From Candidatus Hydrogenedentota bacterium (GTDB lineage: Bacteria > Hydrogenedentota > Hydrogenedentia > Hydrogenedentales > SLHB01), in the NCBI GenBank assembly GCA_963674865.2, contig CAXXYE010000009.1:192001-256000 (forward strand): a stretch of 64,000 bases of DNA. The letters run 5' to 3'. The position numbers and the translations under genes are program-made. The notes below the pieces were generated by a model that was given only the letters and a program-made list of their open reading frames with translations, was not told the DNA's origin and searched no databases. Of the stretch, positions 38,251 through 48,166 are shown in pieces. How positions within the stretch are numbered: the stretch's first letter is position 1; every line of letters starts with the position of its first letter.

Positions 38251-40710
38251 ATGATTGCGGCCTATGTCCTTCCGGGCTCCTCTCTCGTTATCGTGGGGGC
38301 ATGCCTGTTTACCGGCGTGTGCGGCTTGGCCGTCGGCGCACCTGAGGAAGCGTCAATCACCCTCTACTACTGGGGGAACGAGGGAGACACGCTTGCGCCG
38401 GATCTCTTGCAGGGATTCGAGGCGATGCATGACGGCTCGGATGGCCAACCGGCGATCCGCGTTATCATGGGCCAGAGCGCTTCGGTAAACCGCACGGACG
38501 ATCCGCAGCGCCTTCTATGCGCCGTAGCAGGTGGCGAGCCGCCGGACGTTGTTTTCTTCGACCGGTTCGCTGTCGGCGAGTGGGCCGCGCGCGGGGCGTT
38601 CAGGTCGCTCCAAGATCTATACGACCGTGATATTGAGACGGGGACGCAAGATCCGTTCACCCTACGAGAGGGTGATTTCTACCCGCCGTGCTGGGCCGAG
38701 GCGTGCTATGACGGGGAATTGTTCGCGGTTCCGCTCGAAACCGACAACCGCGCCCTGTACTATAACACCGATCTGCTGGAAAAGCACGGGGATGCCTTGA
38801 TCGCCGCGGGTTGCGTGGATCCGGATAGGCCTGGGCGCGCCGGGCCGCCGCGGACCTGGGAGCAGCTCTTGCGGGCTGCGGAGATTCTCACCGAGCGGGA
38901 CGAACGGGGAAGACTGATGCGCGTGGGCTTTATCCCGAACTACGGCAATTCATGGCTGTACATCTACGGGTGGCTCAACGGGGGACGCTTCATGAGCGAG
39001 GACGGGCGCACGTGCACGCTGAACGCACCCGAGATCGTCGATGCCCTGGCCTTTATGACCTCCATCTACGACCTGATGGGAGGGGCGCGGGCGGTCAGTG
39101 CGTTTCAGTCCAGCCAGGAGGGCGCGGACCTCGACCCGTTCTTGGCCGGGAAGATCGCCATGCGGATTGACGGGAATGCGTATCTCGAGTCGATTGCCAA
39201 CCTCCGGCGGGATATGCGGTTTGGCGTTACCCTCGCTCCGGCGCCGGAAGGCAAGCGGAGGCTTGGTTGGTGTGGCGGGTGGTCACTCGTGATCCCCGCA
39301 GGCGCGGCCCACCCCGAGGAGGCCTGGGAGTTAATCAAATATATGGCGTCGCGGCCTGCGTACGTTGTCAAGACGGAGGCGATGCGCCAGCAGGCGCGTG
39401 CGGCGGGCAACATTCACATCCCGCTTATCAGTGCGCGACGGGACATCACCGAATGGGCCATGGAGCACTACCTATACGAGGACCCGACCATTGACGAGCA
39501 GCTCAAGGAGGGGATGCGGGTTTTCGTTGAGAACCTTCCCGCATCGAAGTATCGGCCGGTGACGCCCGTGGGGCAACTCCTATGGAATGAACAGGTCCGG
39601 GCTCTCGAAGCGGGTATATTCAGGCGTTACGACCCCGATGACCCGGGCCGGAACGCGAAAATGGCCCTGGACAAGGGTACAGCTGTTGTTCAGAAAGCAT
39701 TGGACGCCATCTACAAGCCTGAAGAGCATCCGAAGTTGACCTGGCGGCCGGTCGTAGTCGGCTATCTTATGTTGCTCATGGTCGTCGCGGGGGGATTCAT
39801 CTGGTATTTCAAGCGTCGGCTTAGCGGAGTCGGGTACGTGCGGCAGGAGTACTATGCAGGCTATCTATTTGCGGCACCATGGGTTATAGGGTTTATTGTC
39901 TTTGGTGGTGGCCCGATAGTATTCTCATTATTCATGAGTTTCTGCAAATATGACGTCTTTTCGAGCCCTGAGTTTGTCGGGTTGAGCAATTACAGTGACA
40001 TGTTCTTCAACGACCCGTTGTTCTACAAGTCCTTAGGTAATACCGTCTTCATGGCGTTGGGGGTACCCCTGGGCATGGCCGTAGGGCTTGGGATTGCCAT
40101 GCTGCTGAGTCACGAGACAAAGGGCATGGCTGTGTACAGGACTGTTTACTATTTGCCCGCGATCATGCCCGTTGTAGCGGCTGCCATCCTATGGAGATGG
40201 ATATTCAATCCAGAGGAAGGCGTCCTTAACGCCGCCTTGCAGTGGGTCGGCCTCCGGGGGCCGGCTTGGCTCCAGGATGAGCACTGGTCGAAGCCTGGAC
40301 TGATCGTCATGGGACTTTGGAGCGCGGGCGGCGGGATGGTGGTCTGGCTTGCCGGGCTAAAGGGGATCCCCAAGCATCTCTACGAGGCCGCGGAGATCGA
40401 CGGCGCGGGGCCGCTCCGAAGGTTTTGGAGCGTGACGCTTCCCATGCTGAGTCCGTACATACTCTTCAATCTTGTGATGGGGTTGATTGGAACGTTCCAG
40501 ATTTTCACCCAGGCGTACGTGATGACCCAGGGGGGGCCGCTTGACTCGACCCTGTTCTTCGCCTATGCCCTGTTCAATAATGCCTTCCGGTATATGAAGA
40601 TGGGCTATGCATCGGCGATGGCGTGGGTCCTGTTTGGAATCGTGTTGGTACTCACGCTCATTCAACTGCGCCTAGCGAAACGCTGGGTGCATTACGAGTC
40701 GGAGTCGTGA
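38251..40710 (+). CDS. CUT1 sugar ABC solute-binding protein fused to a permease; start uncertain
   Basis: SBP motifs PPDV, ALYYNTDL, PRTWE, FLAGKIAM; then TM helices with LYEAAEIDGA. Confidence 0.85.
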   Translation: MIAAYVLPGSSLVIVGACLFTGVCGLAVGAPEEASITLYYWGNEGDTLAPDLLQGFEAMHDGSDGQPAIRVIMGQSASVNRTDDPQRLLCAVAGGEPPDVVFFDRFAVGEWAARGAFRSLQDLYDRDIETGTQDPFTLREGDFYPPCWAEACYDGELFAVPLETDNRALYYNTDLLEKHGDALIAAGCVDPDRPGRAGPPRTWEQLLRAAEILTERDERGRLMRVGFIPNYGNSWLYIYGWLNGGRFMSEDGRTCTLNAPEIVDALAFMTSIYDLMGGARAVSAFQSSQEGADLDPFLAGKIAMRIDGNAYLESIANLRRDMRFGVTLAPAPEGKRRLGWCGGWSLVIPAGAAHPEEAWELIKYMASRPAYVVKTEAMRQQARAAGNIHIPLISARRDITEWAMEHYLYEDPTIDEQLKEGMRVFVENLPASKYRPVTPVGQLLWNEQVRALEAGIFRRYDPDDPGRNAKMALDKGTAVVQKALDAIYKPEEHPKLTWRPVVVGYLMLLMVVAGGFIWYFKRRLSGVGYVRQEYYAGYLFAAPWVIGFIVFGGGPIVFSLFMSFCKYDVFSSPEFVGLSNYSDMFFNDPLFYKSLGNTVFMALGVPLGMAVGLGIAMLLSHETKGMAVYRTVYYLPAIMPVVAAAILWRWIFNPEEGVLNAALQWVGLRGPAWLQDEHWSKPGLIVMGLWSAGGGMVVWLAGLKGIPKHLYEAAEIDGAGPLRRFWSVTLPMLSPYILFNLVMGLIGTFQIFTQAYVMTQGGPLDSTLFFAYALFNNAFRYMKMGYASAMAWVLFGIVLVLTLIQLRLAKRWVHYESES

Positions 40711-42380
40711 TGTTCAGCAATCGGGCCAGACGGGTAGGGCGGTCCGTGACGCTGCAGGTCGTGCTCTTGTTGGGCGCGGCAGCTTTCGCGGCGCCGTTCG
40801 TTTGGCTCTTTGGGACGAGCTGCAAGACGGCGGATGAGATGTACCCGCCGCGATGGATACCGGAGGTGCCCGCAGGCAGAGCGGCATCGCCATACATCGA
40901 GTTACGCGAGAACGAGCGGCCGGAGTGTCCTGTGGGGGTGCGGAAGGCGGACTGGATCGAGTCGAAATCGGCGATTGAGGAGGCCATTGCCGCAAGAGTG
41001 TCGACTTTTCAGGACGAACTGCCTCCATTCTACGGACCTTATCTGCAAGAGACGGCCTTGGTCGAAGGCCTGTTCGGTAAATTCCTGCGACGGGCGCCCG
41101 AGACCGTGTTTGATGAGACGCCGGGGAGAGTAGCTGGATGGTTTGCGGAGCGTATAACGGCCAAGGACGTCGCCGAGGTCTTCGAGAGGGTCTACAGGCG
41201 GCTCTCGCTTTCGCAGGTGGCGTTCCACGGATGGGATGGGAGTGTCGAGTATCCGGAGATCTCAGAAGAGTATCCGTGGAAGGTGCTGGAAGGTCCGGCG
41301 GAGCTTGTAACGAGAAGAGAGGGACTGCTGAGGCCCGCGGAGGAGGTCCACTACGACTTCTCCAAGGGGGAAGCATTCTGCGTTCAAACGGTTCTGCCCC
41401 TCGATATGAATCCTGAGAACATGAAGAAGGTGGTGCTGGCGTGGCATTCGGACCGGACGTGGCACCGTGTGTGGGCATGCCTTGAGATCGCCGGTGAGAA
41501 ATGGAACGCGGCGCAGCCGGCTTTCACCGGAAGCGACCGATGGCAAGAGACGACCTGGCAGAGGCGCGGCAAGAATGACGACGTCGTCATGATGCGGCCG
41601 TGGTTGACGCTTGCGGCGGCAGGGGAGTCGGACTTCACGGAACCTGGATATGCGCGACTGACGTTGACATGCCTCCGGGCGTCGGGATGGGGGGCTGCCT
41701 GGAACAAGTATACGAATAACTACCGGGAAGTCTTGCGGCTCGTGCCTTTCGGGAGGTATGTCCGAAACAGTGCCATTTTGGTTGTCCTGAATGTACTTGG
41801 ACAGATTGTCGGGTCCTCTCTAGTGGCCTTCTCGTTTTCGCGACTTCGATGGCCCGGGAGGGATGCCTGCTTCTTGGTGGTGCTGGCTACGCTGATGATT
41901 CCGGCGCAGGTGACGATGATCCCCGTATTCCTGATATTCAAGAGCTTGGGGTGGTACAACACCCTCCGCCCGTTGTGGGTAGTCTCTTTCTGCGGCAGCG
42001 CCTTTTACATCTTCCTTCTCCGCCAGTTCATGAGGGGCATTCCGCGCGACCTGGAAGATAGCGCGCGGATCGATGGTTGCGGTTATTTTGGGATCTACGC
42101 GCGGATCATTGTGCCCTTGGTCAAACCCGCGCTCGCGGCCATCGGCATCTTCACGTTCATGGGGACGTGGAACGACTTCATGGGGCCGCTGATCTACCTG
42201 AATGACCAGAGGCTGTATCCACTCAGCTTGGGGCTCTTTGCGCTTCAGGTTTTCAAAGGAGCGAACTTCGGCCTTATGATGGCTGCCGCCGTAGTCATGA
42301 CGCTGCCTGTGGTCGTTGTATTCTTCGCGGCGCAGCGTCACTTCATCCAAGGGATAACCCTGACGGGGTTGAAAGGCTAA
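40710..42380 (+). CDS. CUT1 sugar ABC permease with a ~300-aa extracytoplasmic insertion
   Basis: PFVW..TSCK TM1, long hydrophilic loop, LEDSARIDGC, WNDFMGPL, QGITLTGLKG. Confidence 0.85.
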   Translation: MFSNRARRVGRSVTLQVVLLLGAAAFAAPFVWLFGTSCKTADEMYPPRWIPEVPAGRAASPYIELRENERPECPVGVRKADWIESKSAIEEAIAARVSTFQDELPPFYGPYLQETALVEGLFGKFLRRAPETVFDETPGRVAGWFAERITAKDVAEVFERVYRRLSLSQVAFHGWDGSVEYPEISEEYPWKVLEGPAELVTRREGLLRPAEEVHYDFSKGEAFCVQTVLPLDMNPENMKKVVLAWHSDRTWHRVWACLEIAGEKWNAAQPAFTGSDRWQETTWQRRGKNDDVVMMRPWLTLAAAGESDFTEPGYARLTLTCLRASGWGAAWNKYTNNYREVLRLVPFGRYVRNSAILVVLNVLGQIVGSSLVAFSFSRLRWPGRDACFLVVLATLMIPAQVTMIPVFLIFKSLGWYNTLRPLWVVSFCGSAFYIFLLRQFMRGIPRDLEDSARIDGCGYFGIYARIIVPLVKPALAAIGIFTFMGTWNDFMGPLIYLNDQRLYPLSLGLFALQVFKGANFGLMMAAAVVMTLPVVVVFFAAQRHFIQGITLTGLKG

Positions 42381-42386
42381 CCGCTG

Positions 42387-42402
42387 CGTTCCACGTGGAA
42401 CG
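42387..42402. other. parS site
   Basis: Perfect palindrome CGTTCCACGTGGAACG matching the parS consensus. Confidence 0.85.
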
Positions 42403-42414
42403 GAATCTCTTCGC

Positions 42415-43035
42415 TCACCTCCGCGAGATCACGTGGAGTTCGCCCCGCCTCAGCCCTGCCCGGGTCCAAGCATCTTCGATACGTTCCACGTGGAACCCTT
42501 CCGGTAGGGCCGGGAGTTCAGCCCACTGGCATAGGTAGTGGCTGCCTGGAGGCAGGAAGGCAAGGATCCGGGGTACGAGCCGCTCCGGCCGTTCAACTGC
42601 ACGGGCTACGATAGCTTGGGGAGCGACCTCGCTTAGACCTTCTGGAAAGTTGGCATGAAGGATCCTCACATCCTTCAAGCCAAGATGGGCTACCGCCTTT
42701 CTTAAGAAGGCGACTTTCCGGCTGGAACGCTCAACGAGCAGCACCGGCACATGCGGCAGCGCAATCTTCAAGGGAATGGCAGGCAGCCCCCCGCCGCTGC
42801 CGATGTCGAATAGGAGCCCCCCCCCTTCGCAGAGTCTGCCAACAAGCCTCGCCAGGCTACACGCATCGGGGAAGTGGATGGTCTCCACGTCACGAATATC
42901 CCCCGCGGATAGGAGCGAAGCCGTGACGTTCCACTCACGAAGCAAGGCCGCGTAGCGGTCCAGCGAAGCGCTGAAGACTTCCGGTATGCAGATCCCGTCA
43001 GCCTCCAGAAGGCTGGCGATTTTCGTATAATTCAT
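42415..43035 (-). CDS. rsmG: 16S rRNA m7G527 methyltransferase (GidB)
   Basis: LLREWN, HFPD, DIGSGGGLPAIPL, LVERSSRKVAFL, VARAV. Confidence 0.85.
   Translation of the reverse strand: MNYTKIASLLEADGICIPEVFSASLDRYAALLREWNVTASLLSAGDIRDVETIHFPDACSLARLVGRLCEGGGLLFDIGSGGGLPAIPLKIALPHVPVLLVERSSRKVAFLRKAVAHLGLKDVRILHANFPEGLSEVAPQAIVARAVERPERLVPRILAFLPPGSHYLCQWAELPALPEGFHVERIEDAWTRAGLRRGELHVISRR
42482..42497. other. parS site within rsmG
   Basis: CGTTCCACGTGGAACC (encodes FHVE in RsmG). Confidence 0.8.
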
Positions 43036-43173
43036 AGTAGCTACAATGTCCTTGTGCCTGGTACATCCCGAAGCGGCTTGTTTGCCGATCTCTGGGCCAA
43101 GTTGACTTGACGCCGAACCTATGTTATTTTCTCGCAATCATACCCGAATACTCTCAATTCCCGGAGTATACCC

Positions 43174-44406
43174 GTGAAGTATCTCGTTCTGGTAGGGGAC
43201 GGCATGGCCGATTTCCCCCTCGATAGGCACGACAATGCGACGCCCCTTGAACTGGCTCCCACGCCGGCCATGGACGAAATCGTGCGTCGAGGCGCGCTGG
43301 GTCTTTACTCGCCGATTCCGGAGGCATGCCCGCCGGGCAGCGATATCGGGAACCTCTCCCTGCTTGGGTATGATCCGGCCCAAGCGTACACCGGCCGGGC
43401 GCCGCTCGAGGCCGCCAGTCAACATATCACGCTAGGCGACGACGAAGTCGCGTTCCGCTGCAATCTCGTCACGCTCGATGATGGTGTCATGAGGGACTTC
43501 ACGTCCGGGCACATCTCAAGTGAAGAGGCTGCAGAGCTGATCGCCAGTCTGAACGATGCCTTCGGCGACCAGCCCATCCGCTTCCACGCTGGCGTCAGCT
43601 ACCGTCATCTTGCGGTCGTCACCACGACACCCGCGTCGATGCCGGGACTTCTCAGCCTTTCTTGTACGCCGCCACACGATATCACAGGCCGCCCCTATGC
43701 GGATTATCTCCCGCAAGGCGACGGTTCTGCGGAGATCCGCGATTTCATGGAGCGCTCGTGCGCGCCCTTGGCCGCACACGCCGTCACTGCGGGGCGCCTC
43801 GCCGCCGGAAAACTCCCCGCTACGAGCATCTGGCTCTGGGGCCAGGGCCGTCCCCCGTCTATCGAGCCCTACCCCCAGCGCTTCGGGCTCTCCGGTGTCG
43901 CCATCTCGGCGGTAGACCTTGTTCGCGGACTCGGCATTTGTGCAGGCTTCGATGCCGTTGAGGTGCCTGGCGCCACGGGCTATCTGGATACCAACTACGA
44001 AGGCAAGACGCAGGCCGCCGCCAAGGCGCTTGAGACCGTAGATTTTGTCTACCTACACGTCGAAGCCCCCGATGAAGCCGCTCACGAAGGCCGGGTGGAC
44101 CTGAAGGTCCAGGCCATCACGGACTTCGACGCGCGCGTGGTGGCCCCTTGTCTCGACTACGCCTTTTCGCGCGGAGACGTGCGCATCCTTGTCGCACCGG
44201 ACCACGTCACTTCGATCGCGTCGCGAACCCATGCCGGCGGCCCGGTGCCCTTCGCCATGTCGGGCCCGGGCATCGAGCACAACGGCGGCATGTGCTTTAC
44301 GGAGCGTGCCGCGGCGGCCACCGGATTGTCTTTTGCCGCGGGCCACGAATTGATGCCTTTCTTCCTCGGAGCGGCTGCGTCCGCTTCGTCGGGTGCCCGT
44401 ACATAA
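43174..44406 (+). CDS. apgM: Cofactor-independent phosphoglycerate mutase, ApgM/archaeal type
   Basis: GDGMAD, PGSDIGNL, GRAPLEA, HVEAPDEAAH, PDH. Confidence 0.85.
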   Translation: MKYLVLVGDGMADFPLDRHDNATPLELAPTPAMDEIVRRGALGLYSPIPEACPPGSDIGNLSLLGYDPAQAYTGRAPLEAASQHITLGDDEVAFRCNLVTLDDGVMRDFTSGHISSEEAAELIASLNDAFGDQPIRFHAGVSYRHLAVVTTTPASMPGLLSLSCTPPHDITGRPYADYLPQGDGSAEIRDFMERSCAPLAAHAVTAGRLAAGKLPATSIWLWGQGRPPSIEPYPQRFGLSGVAISAVDLVRGLGICAGFDAVEVPGATGYLDTNYEGKTQAAAKALETVDFVYLHVEAPDEAAHEGRVDLKVQAITDFDARVVAPCLDYAFSRGDVRILVAPDHVTSIASRTHAGGPVPFAMSGPGIEHNGGMCFTERAAAATGLSFAAGHELMPFFLGAAASASSGART

Positions 44407-44459
44407 TGCCCGCGAGTGCGCATCACCTGCGGTATGGTTAAGCAAGGGAGGTCCACCAG

Positions 44460-46046
44460 GTGTCTCAACGAGTCGAAATCTACGATGTGACGCTCCGAGA
44501 CGGCGCGCAAGGCCCGCGGGTGAAGTTCTCGTCGGACGACCAGATCCGTATCGTCCAGGCCCTCGACCAATTCGGGGCTTCCTATATCGAAGGAGGCCAG
44601 CCGGGCTCAAATCCAAAGGCCGTCGAGTTGTTTGCTCGCGCCCGCGACCTCGACCTGAAGAACGCCAAGATGTCCGCCTTCGGCAGCACACGGCACTCCA
44701 AAGCGGCGGTCGATGAAGATCCCAATATCCAGGCGCTGTTAAGCGCCGGGACGGAGGTCGTGGCGATTTTCGCGAAGTCCTCCCCCACGCACGTCAAAGA
44801 GGTGCTGCGGGTGAGTCTCGATGAGAATCTGGCCATCATCGAGGAAAGCGTCGCCTACCTGAAATCGCAGAAGCGGCGCGTCTTTCTGGATGCCGAGCAT
44901 TTCTTCGACGCCTACGTCGAGGACTCCGTCTACGCGCTGGCGACGCTCGAGCGCGCTTGGCAAGCCGGGGCCGAGGTGCTCGTTCTCTGTGAGACAAACG
45001 GTGGGCGCCTCCCCTGGGAGGTCGCCGATATGACAAGGGCCGTCAGGGAGCATCTGCCTGATGCCAAACTCGGTATCCATACCCACAATGATTCCGGTTG
45101 CGGCGTGGCCAACACCGTCAGCGCTGTCCAAGCGGGCGCTACCCAGGTGCAAGGCACTGTAAACGGCTACGGCGAACGCACCGGCAACGCCAACCTGTGT
45201 ACCGTCATTCCCAATATGCAGCTCAAGATGGGCATGGACGTCGTAACGCCCGAGCAACTGGCCTCCCTCACGCACCTTTCCCACCTCGTCGCCGAGCTGG
45301 CGAATATGGTGCCGCGCGATTCCGAGCCTTTTGTCGGGCGCGATGCATTCACCCACAAGGGTGGTATGCATGCCGACGCCGTGCGGAAGCTCAAGACCAG
45401 CTACGAGCATGTCCAGCCGGAACTCGTCGGGAACCACACAAGCATCGCCGTGAGCGAGCTTTCCGGGCGCGCCAGTTTGCTCCAGAAGGCGGCCGAGCTG
45501 GGCTTCCACCTGGATCGCGCCAATCCAAGGACGCGTCAGATCGTTCAGCGCGTCAAGGAACTTGAGAACGAAGGCTACGAGTTCGAAGGGGCCGATGCGT
45601 CCCTTGAACTGATTCTGCGCAAGGCCACCGGCGAGTATCGGACCTTCTTCACGCTTCGTGGTTTCCACACCAGTGTCGAGCGCCGCGGCGCCGACGGCGC
45701 CGCCGTGTCGGAAGCAACGGTGAAAGTGGACCTGCCCGACGGCGCCAGCATGCACACCGCTGCCGAGGGCGAGGGCCCCGTCGACGCCCTGAATAGGGCC
45801 CTGCGCAAGGCTCTTGGAACAACCTATCCCGAGCTTCAGAACGTGCACCTCGAAGACTACAAGGTGCGTATCCTCGATGGGCGCGCCGGCACGCGAGCCA
45901 AGACGCGCGTTCTGATCGAGTCGACGGACGGCGAGGAGTCGTGGGACACCGTGGGCGTATCGGAGAACATCATCACCGCGTCCTACGAGGCCCTTGTGGA
46001 CAGCATCGAGTACAAACTCCTGCGTGCAAGAGGGCACGAGGAGTAG
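44460..46046 (+). CDS. cimA: Citramalate synthase
   Basis: YDVTLRDGAQ, DAEHFFD, HTHND, GERTGNANL, HKGGMH, EATVK, GPVDAL. Confidence 0.88.
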   Translation: MSQRVEIYDVTLRDGAQGPRVKFSSDDQIRIVQALDQFGASYIEGGQPGSNPKAVELFARARDLDLKNAKMSAFGSTRHSKAAVDEDPNIQALLSAGTEVVAIFAKSSPTHVKEVLRVSLDENLAIIEESVAYLKSQKRRVFLDAEHFFDAYVEDSVYALATLERAWQAGAEVLVLCETNGGRLPWEVADMTRAVREHLPDAKLGIHTHNDSGCGVANTVSAVQAGATQVQGTVNGYGERTGNANLCTVIPNMQLKMGMDVVTPEQLASLTHLSHLVAELANMVPRDSEPFVGRDAFTHKGGMHADAVRKLKTSYEHVQPELVGNHTSIAVSELSGRASLLQKAAELGFHLDRANPRTRQIVQRVKELENEGYEFEGADASLELILRKATGEYRTFFTLRGFHTSVERRGADGAAVSEATVKVDLPDGASMHTAAEGEGPVDALNRALRKALGTTYPELQNVHLEDYKVRILDGRAGTRAKTRVLIESTDGEESWDTVGVSENIITASYEALVDSIEYKLLRARGHEE

Positions 46047-46119
46047 GGAGGCCTGTCTTTCCTCATTGTCTCTGAATCGGTGGCCGTGCCGGGCGCGGGC
46101 TTCAAGGTGGGACTGAGTT

Positions 46120-47025
46120 CTACCGCTCCGGTTTGCTCGCAATGGCCGCCAGTGTGACGCCGAAGGGGAAGTTCACGGCTGAGACGGCCTTCGCTTCCGC
46201 CCATAGGATTCCTTTCAACAGCGCGTTAAACCATGTCGGCGGCATGGCGTATTCCTTGAAGGCCGCTTCGCGGCCTGCCTTGTCGGCAAGGAAACGCCGA
46301 TTGGCCTGGCGGATGACGAGCGCCGGCAGATACAACGTGGGCAGCAGTAAGGTCGTTCGCTCCGTTACGAAGCCGGCTGCGTCGAGCTTCGCAAGCAGCT
46401 CACGGCGGCGATATCTCCTTCGGTGTCCCTGGATCTCGTCGCAGCGGCTCCACAAGGCCGGCCCCGCAGGCACAAAGACGGCTAGGCGGCCGCCGGGCAC
46501 AAGCACGCGCCATGCCTCACGTATCGCCTCGACATCATCATCCACGTGTTCGTAAACGTCCAGGGCCAGGGCCAAGTCGAATTGCTCTTCAGCGAAGGGA
46601 AGACATTGGGCGTATCCCCCAAACAGCCGCCCGATGCCCCTCTTGCGGGCCAGTTCAAGCGGCTGAGGCGCTGCCTCGACGCCAACAACCTCCGCGCCCG
46701 CTGCCTTCAGCCGCTCCAATACGTAGCCCGTTCCGCAGCCAATGTCAAGAATCCTTAACGTCTGGTTCGCGTTAAGCCCAGGCCGGAGTAGGGCCATCAG
46801 GGCGCAACGCCTACCCCAGTAAAGGAAATAGCCGTGGTTCTCCTTGGCGTATTGGACCTCATAGAGCGACGAAGGGAAGTCCTGCTCGAGCCGGCCAAGA
46901 TACAGCGGAATGTCTCCGGTTGAAGCCCACGCGGCGCCGCAGCCGGCGCAGTGACATGGGGAAACTGATGACAGAGGGCTTCCGCACTCCACACACTGCA
47001 ACCGTGGCCAATCTGACGGAGGCAC
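46120..47025 (-). CDS. Class I SAM-dependent methyltransferase with N-terminal Cys knuckle
   Basis: CVEC...CAGC; LDIGCGTG, LPFAEEQFD, DVYEHV, GHRRRY. Confidence 0.8.
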   Translation of the reverse strand: MPPSDWPRLQCVECGSPLSSVSPCHCAGCGAAWASTGDIPLYLGRLEQDFPSSLYEVQYAKENHGYFLYWGRRCALMALLRPGLNANQTLRILDIGCGTGYVLERLKAAGAEVVGVEAAPQPLELARKRGIGRLFGGYAQCLPFAEEQFDLALALDVYEHVDDDVEAIREAWRVLVPGGRLAVFVPAGPALWSRCDEIQGHRRRYRRRELLAKLDAAGFVTERTTLLLPTLYLPALVIRQANRRFLADKAGREAAFKEYAMPPTWFNALLKGILWAEAKAVSAVNFPFGVTLAAIASKPER

Positions 47026-47157
47026 AGCTAACCGCTCCTTGCTAACTCAGTTGTGGGAAGGACGCGGCGCAAGCCTAGCAGGTGAGGACGGGCTACATCA
47101 AAACATCTGTGGTATTCGAGGTGAGTTCTTGGAAGGAGCAGGCGGAGGGAAGGAGAC

Positions 47158-47199
47158 AAAAAAGAAGAGCAAGCATGTCTTACGACATTCTTGCCCTTG
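47158..47199 (-). terminator. Rho-independent terminator of the 153-aa secreted protein gene
   Basis: Minus strand AAGGGCAAGAATGTC-GTAA-GACATGCTTGCTCTT then CTTTTTT. Confidence 0.75.
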
Positions 47200-47235
47200 T
47201 AGTTACTTAAGCGAATTCTACCTTTTCGCTGCTAT

Positions 47236-47697
47236 TTAGACGCCAGCCGGCAACAAATAGCCATAGATCTTGTTCAGCTGACCTTCGATCAGGCGACCTT
47301 GGATGTCGGTCGCGGCACCATCCGGCCACGACAGCGTGCACGAGCCCTTCGGGCTAGCCGTGTCGCAGTTCGGGACCGCAGCACCAGCACCCTCAAGTGC
47401 GGGATCGTTGGCGCCCGGGCGGAACCCGATAGCCGTGCTGGCCTCCAGGAGGAACGTGTTACCGTCCGTCTCCGTCCAGCCGTCGTTCGACGTGCCATCA
47501 GCCGAGGTGTACGCAATCGTCACCACGATGTCACTACCCGTCGTGTTCTTGACCGTAATGAAGGTTTTCTCCAATGTGGTCGGCGGCCACGTAGCGTCAG
47601 CCGCGCCGCGATCCAAGAACCACGGGACGTTCAGCGACGCGGCGAAAGCCGTGCCACCAACAGCAAGAATAGCAGCTACAACAATAAGCTTCTTCAT
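47236..47697 (-). CDS. Secreted hypothetical protein, 153 aa
   Basis: Signal peptide MKKLIVVAAILAVGGTAFA; RBS AAGGAGGT; own promoter and terminator. Confidence 0.8.
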   Translation of the reverse strand: MKKLIVVAAILAVGGTAFAASLNVPWFLDRGAADATWPPTTLEKTFITVKNTTGSDIVVTIAYTSADGTSNDGWTETDGNTFLLEASTAIGFRPGANDPALEGAGAAVPNCDTASPKGSCTLSWPDGAATDIQGRLIEGQLNKIYGYLLPAGV

Positions 47698-47902
47698 CTA
47701 CTAACACCTCCTTTCCCTCTAGAGACTGCAAACCAGGCTTCAGGGAAGCCAATCAAGGAGCGCGTCCTACGAAGCCGCGCACCAAGACCAAATAATATCT
47801 TTTTCTATATTGTCTTCGTTCCGTGCAGCCGTGTACGTCCGTTCCCTCTCTCGCCTCCCCTGAAGACTCCGCGTCCCCATCTGGGACGCCATCTTTGATT
47901 TA

Positions 47903-47931
47903 ACCTTAGCACAATGCTGCGAATCTGTCAA
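47903..47931 (-). promoter_or_regulatory. Sigma70-type promoter for the 153-aa protein
   Basis: Minus strand TTGACA-17 bp-TAAGGT with extended -10 TG. Confidence 0.6.
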
Positions 47932-48166
47932 TACCCTTTTTTTCTCGCAGAATGTGATGGCTTCTTTCCGGCAGAACTTGGTGCTTTGCGCAGGGCCGGC
48001 TCCGAATGTCGGCTCTTGCTGACATTATTCGACTGATGCTTATGGTTCACGGGTGGTCTTCTGCTGGACGATGTCCATCTTGTCTGGTAGACTCCGCCTT
48101 CGTATCGAGGAGGCGGGGCGGCGCCGCAGGCAGCGCCGGATCACGTATTATGAGGAAGATAGGTCC

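Noticed and set aside
44739..46142. Long antisense ORFs (467 aa opposite cimA; also opposite GH92, proS and asd)
   Set aside because: Typical shadow frames of GC-rich coding DNA with no motifs
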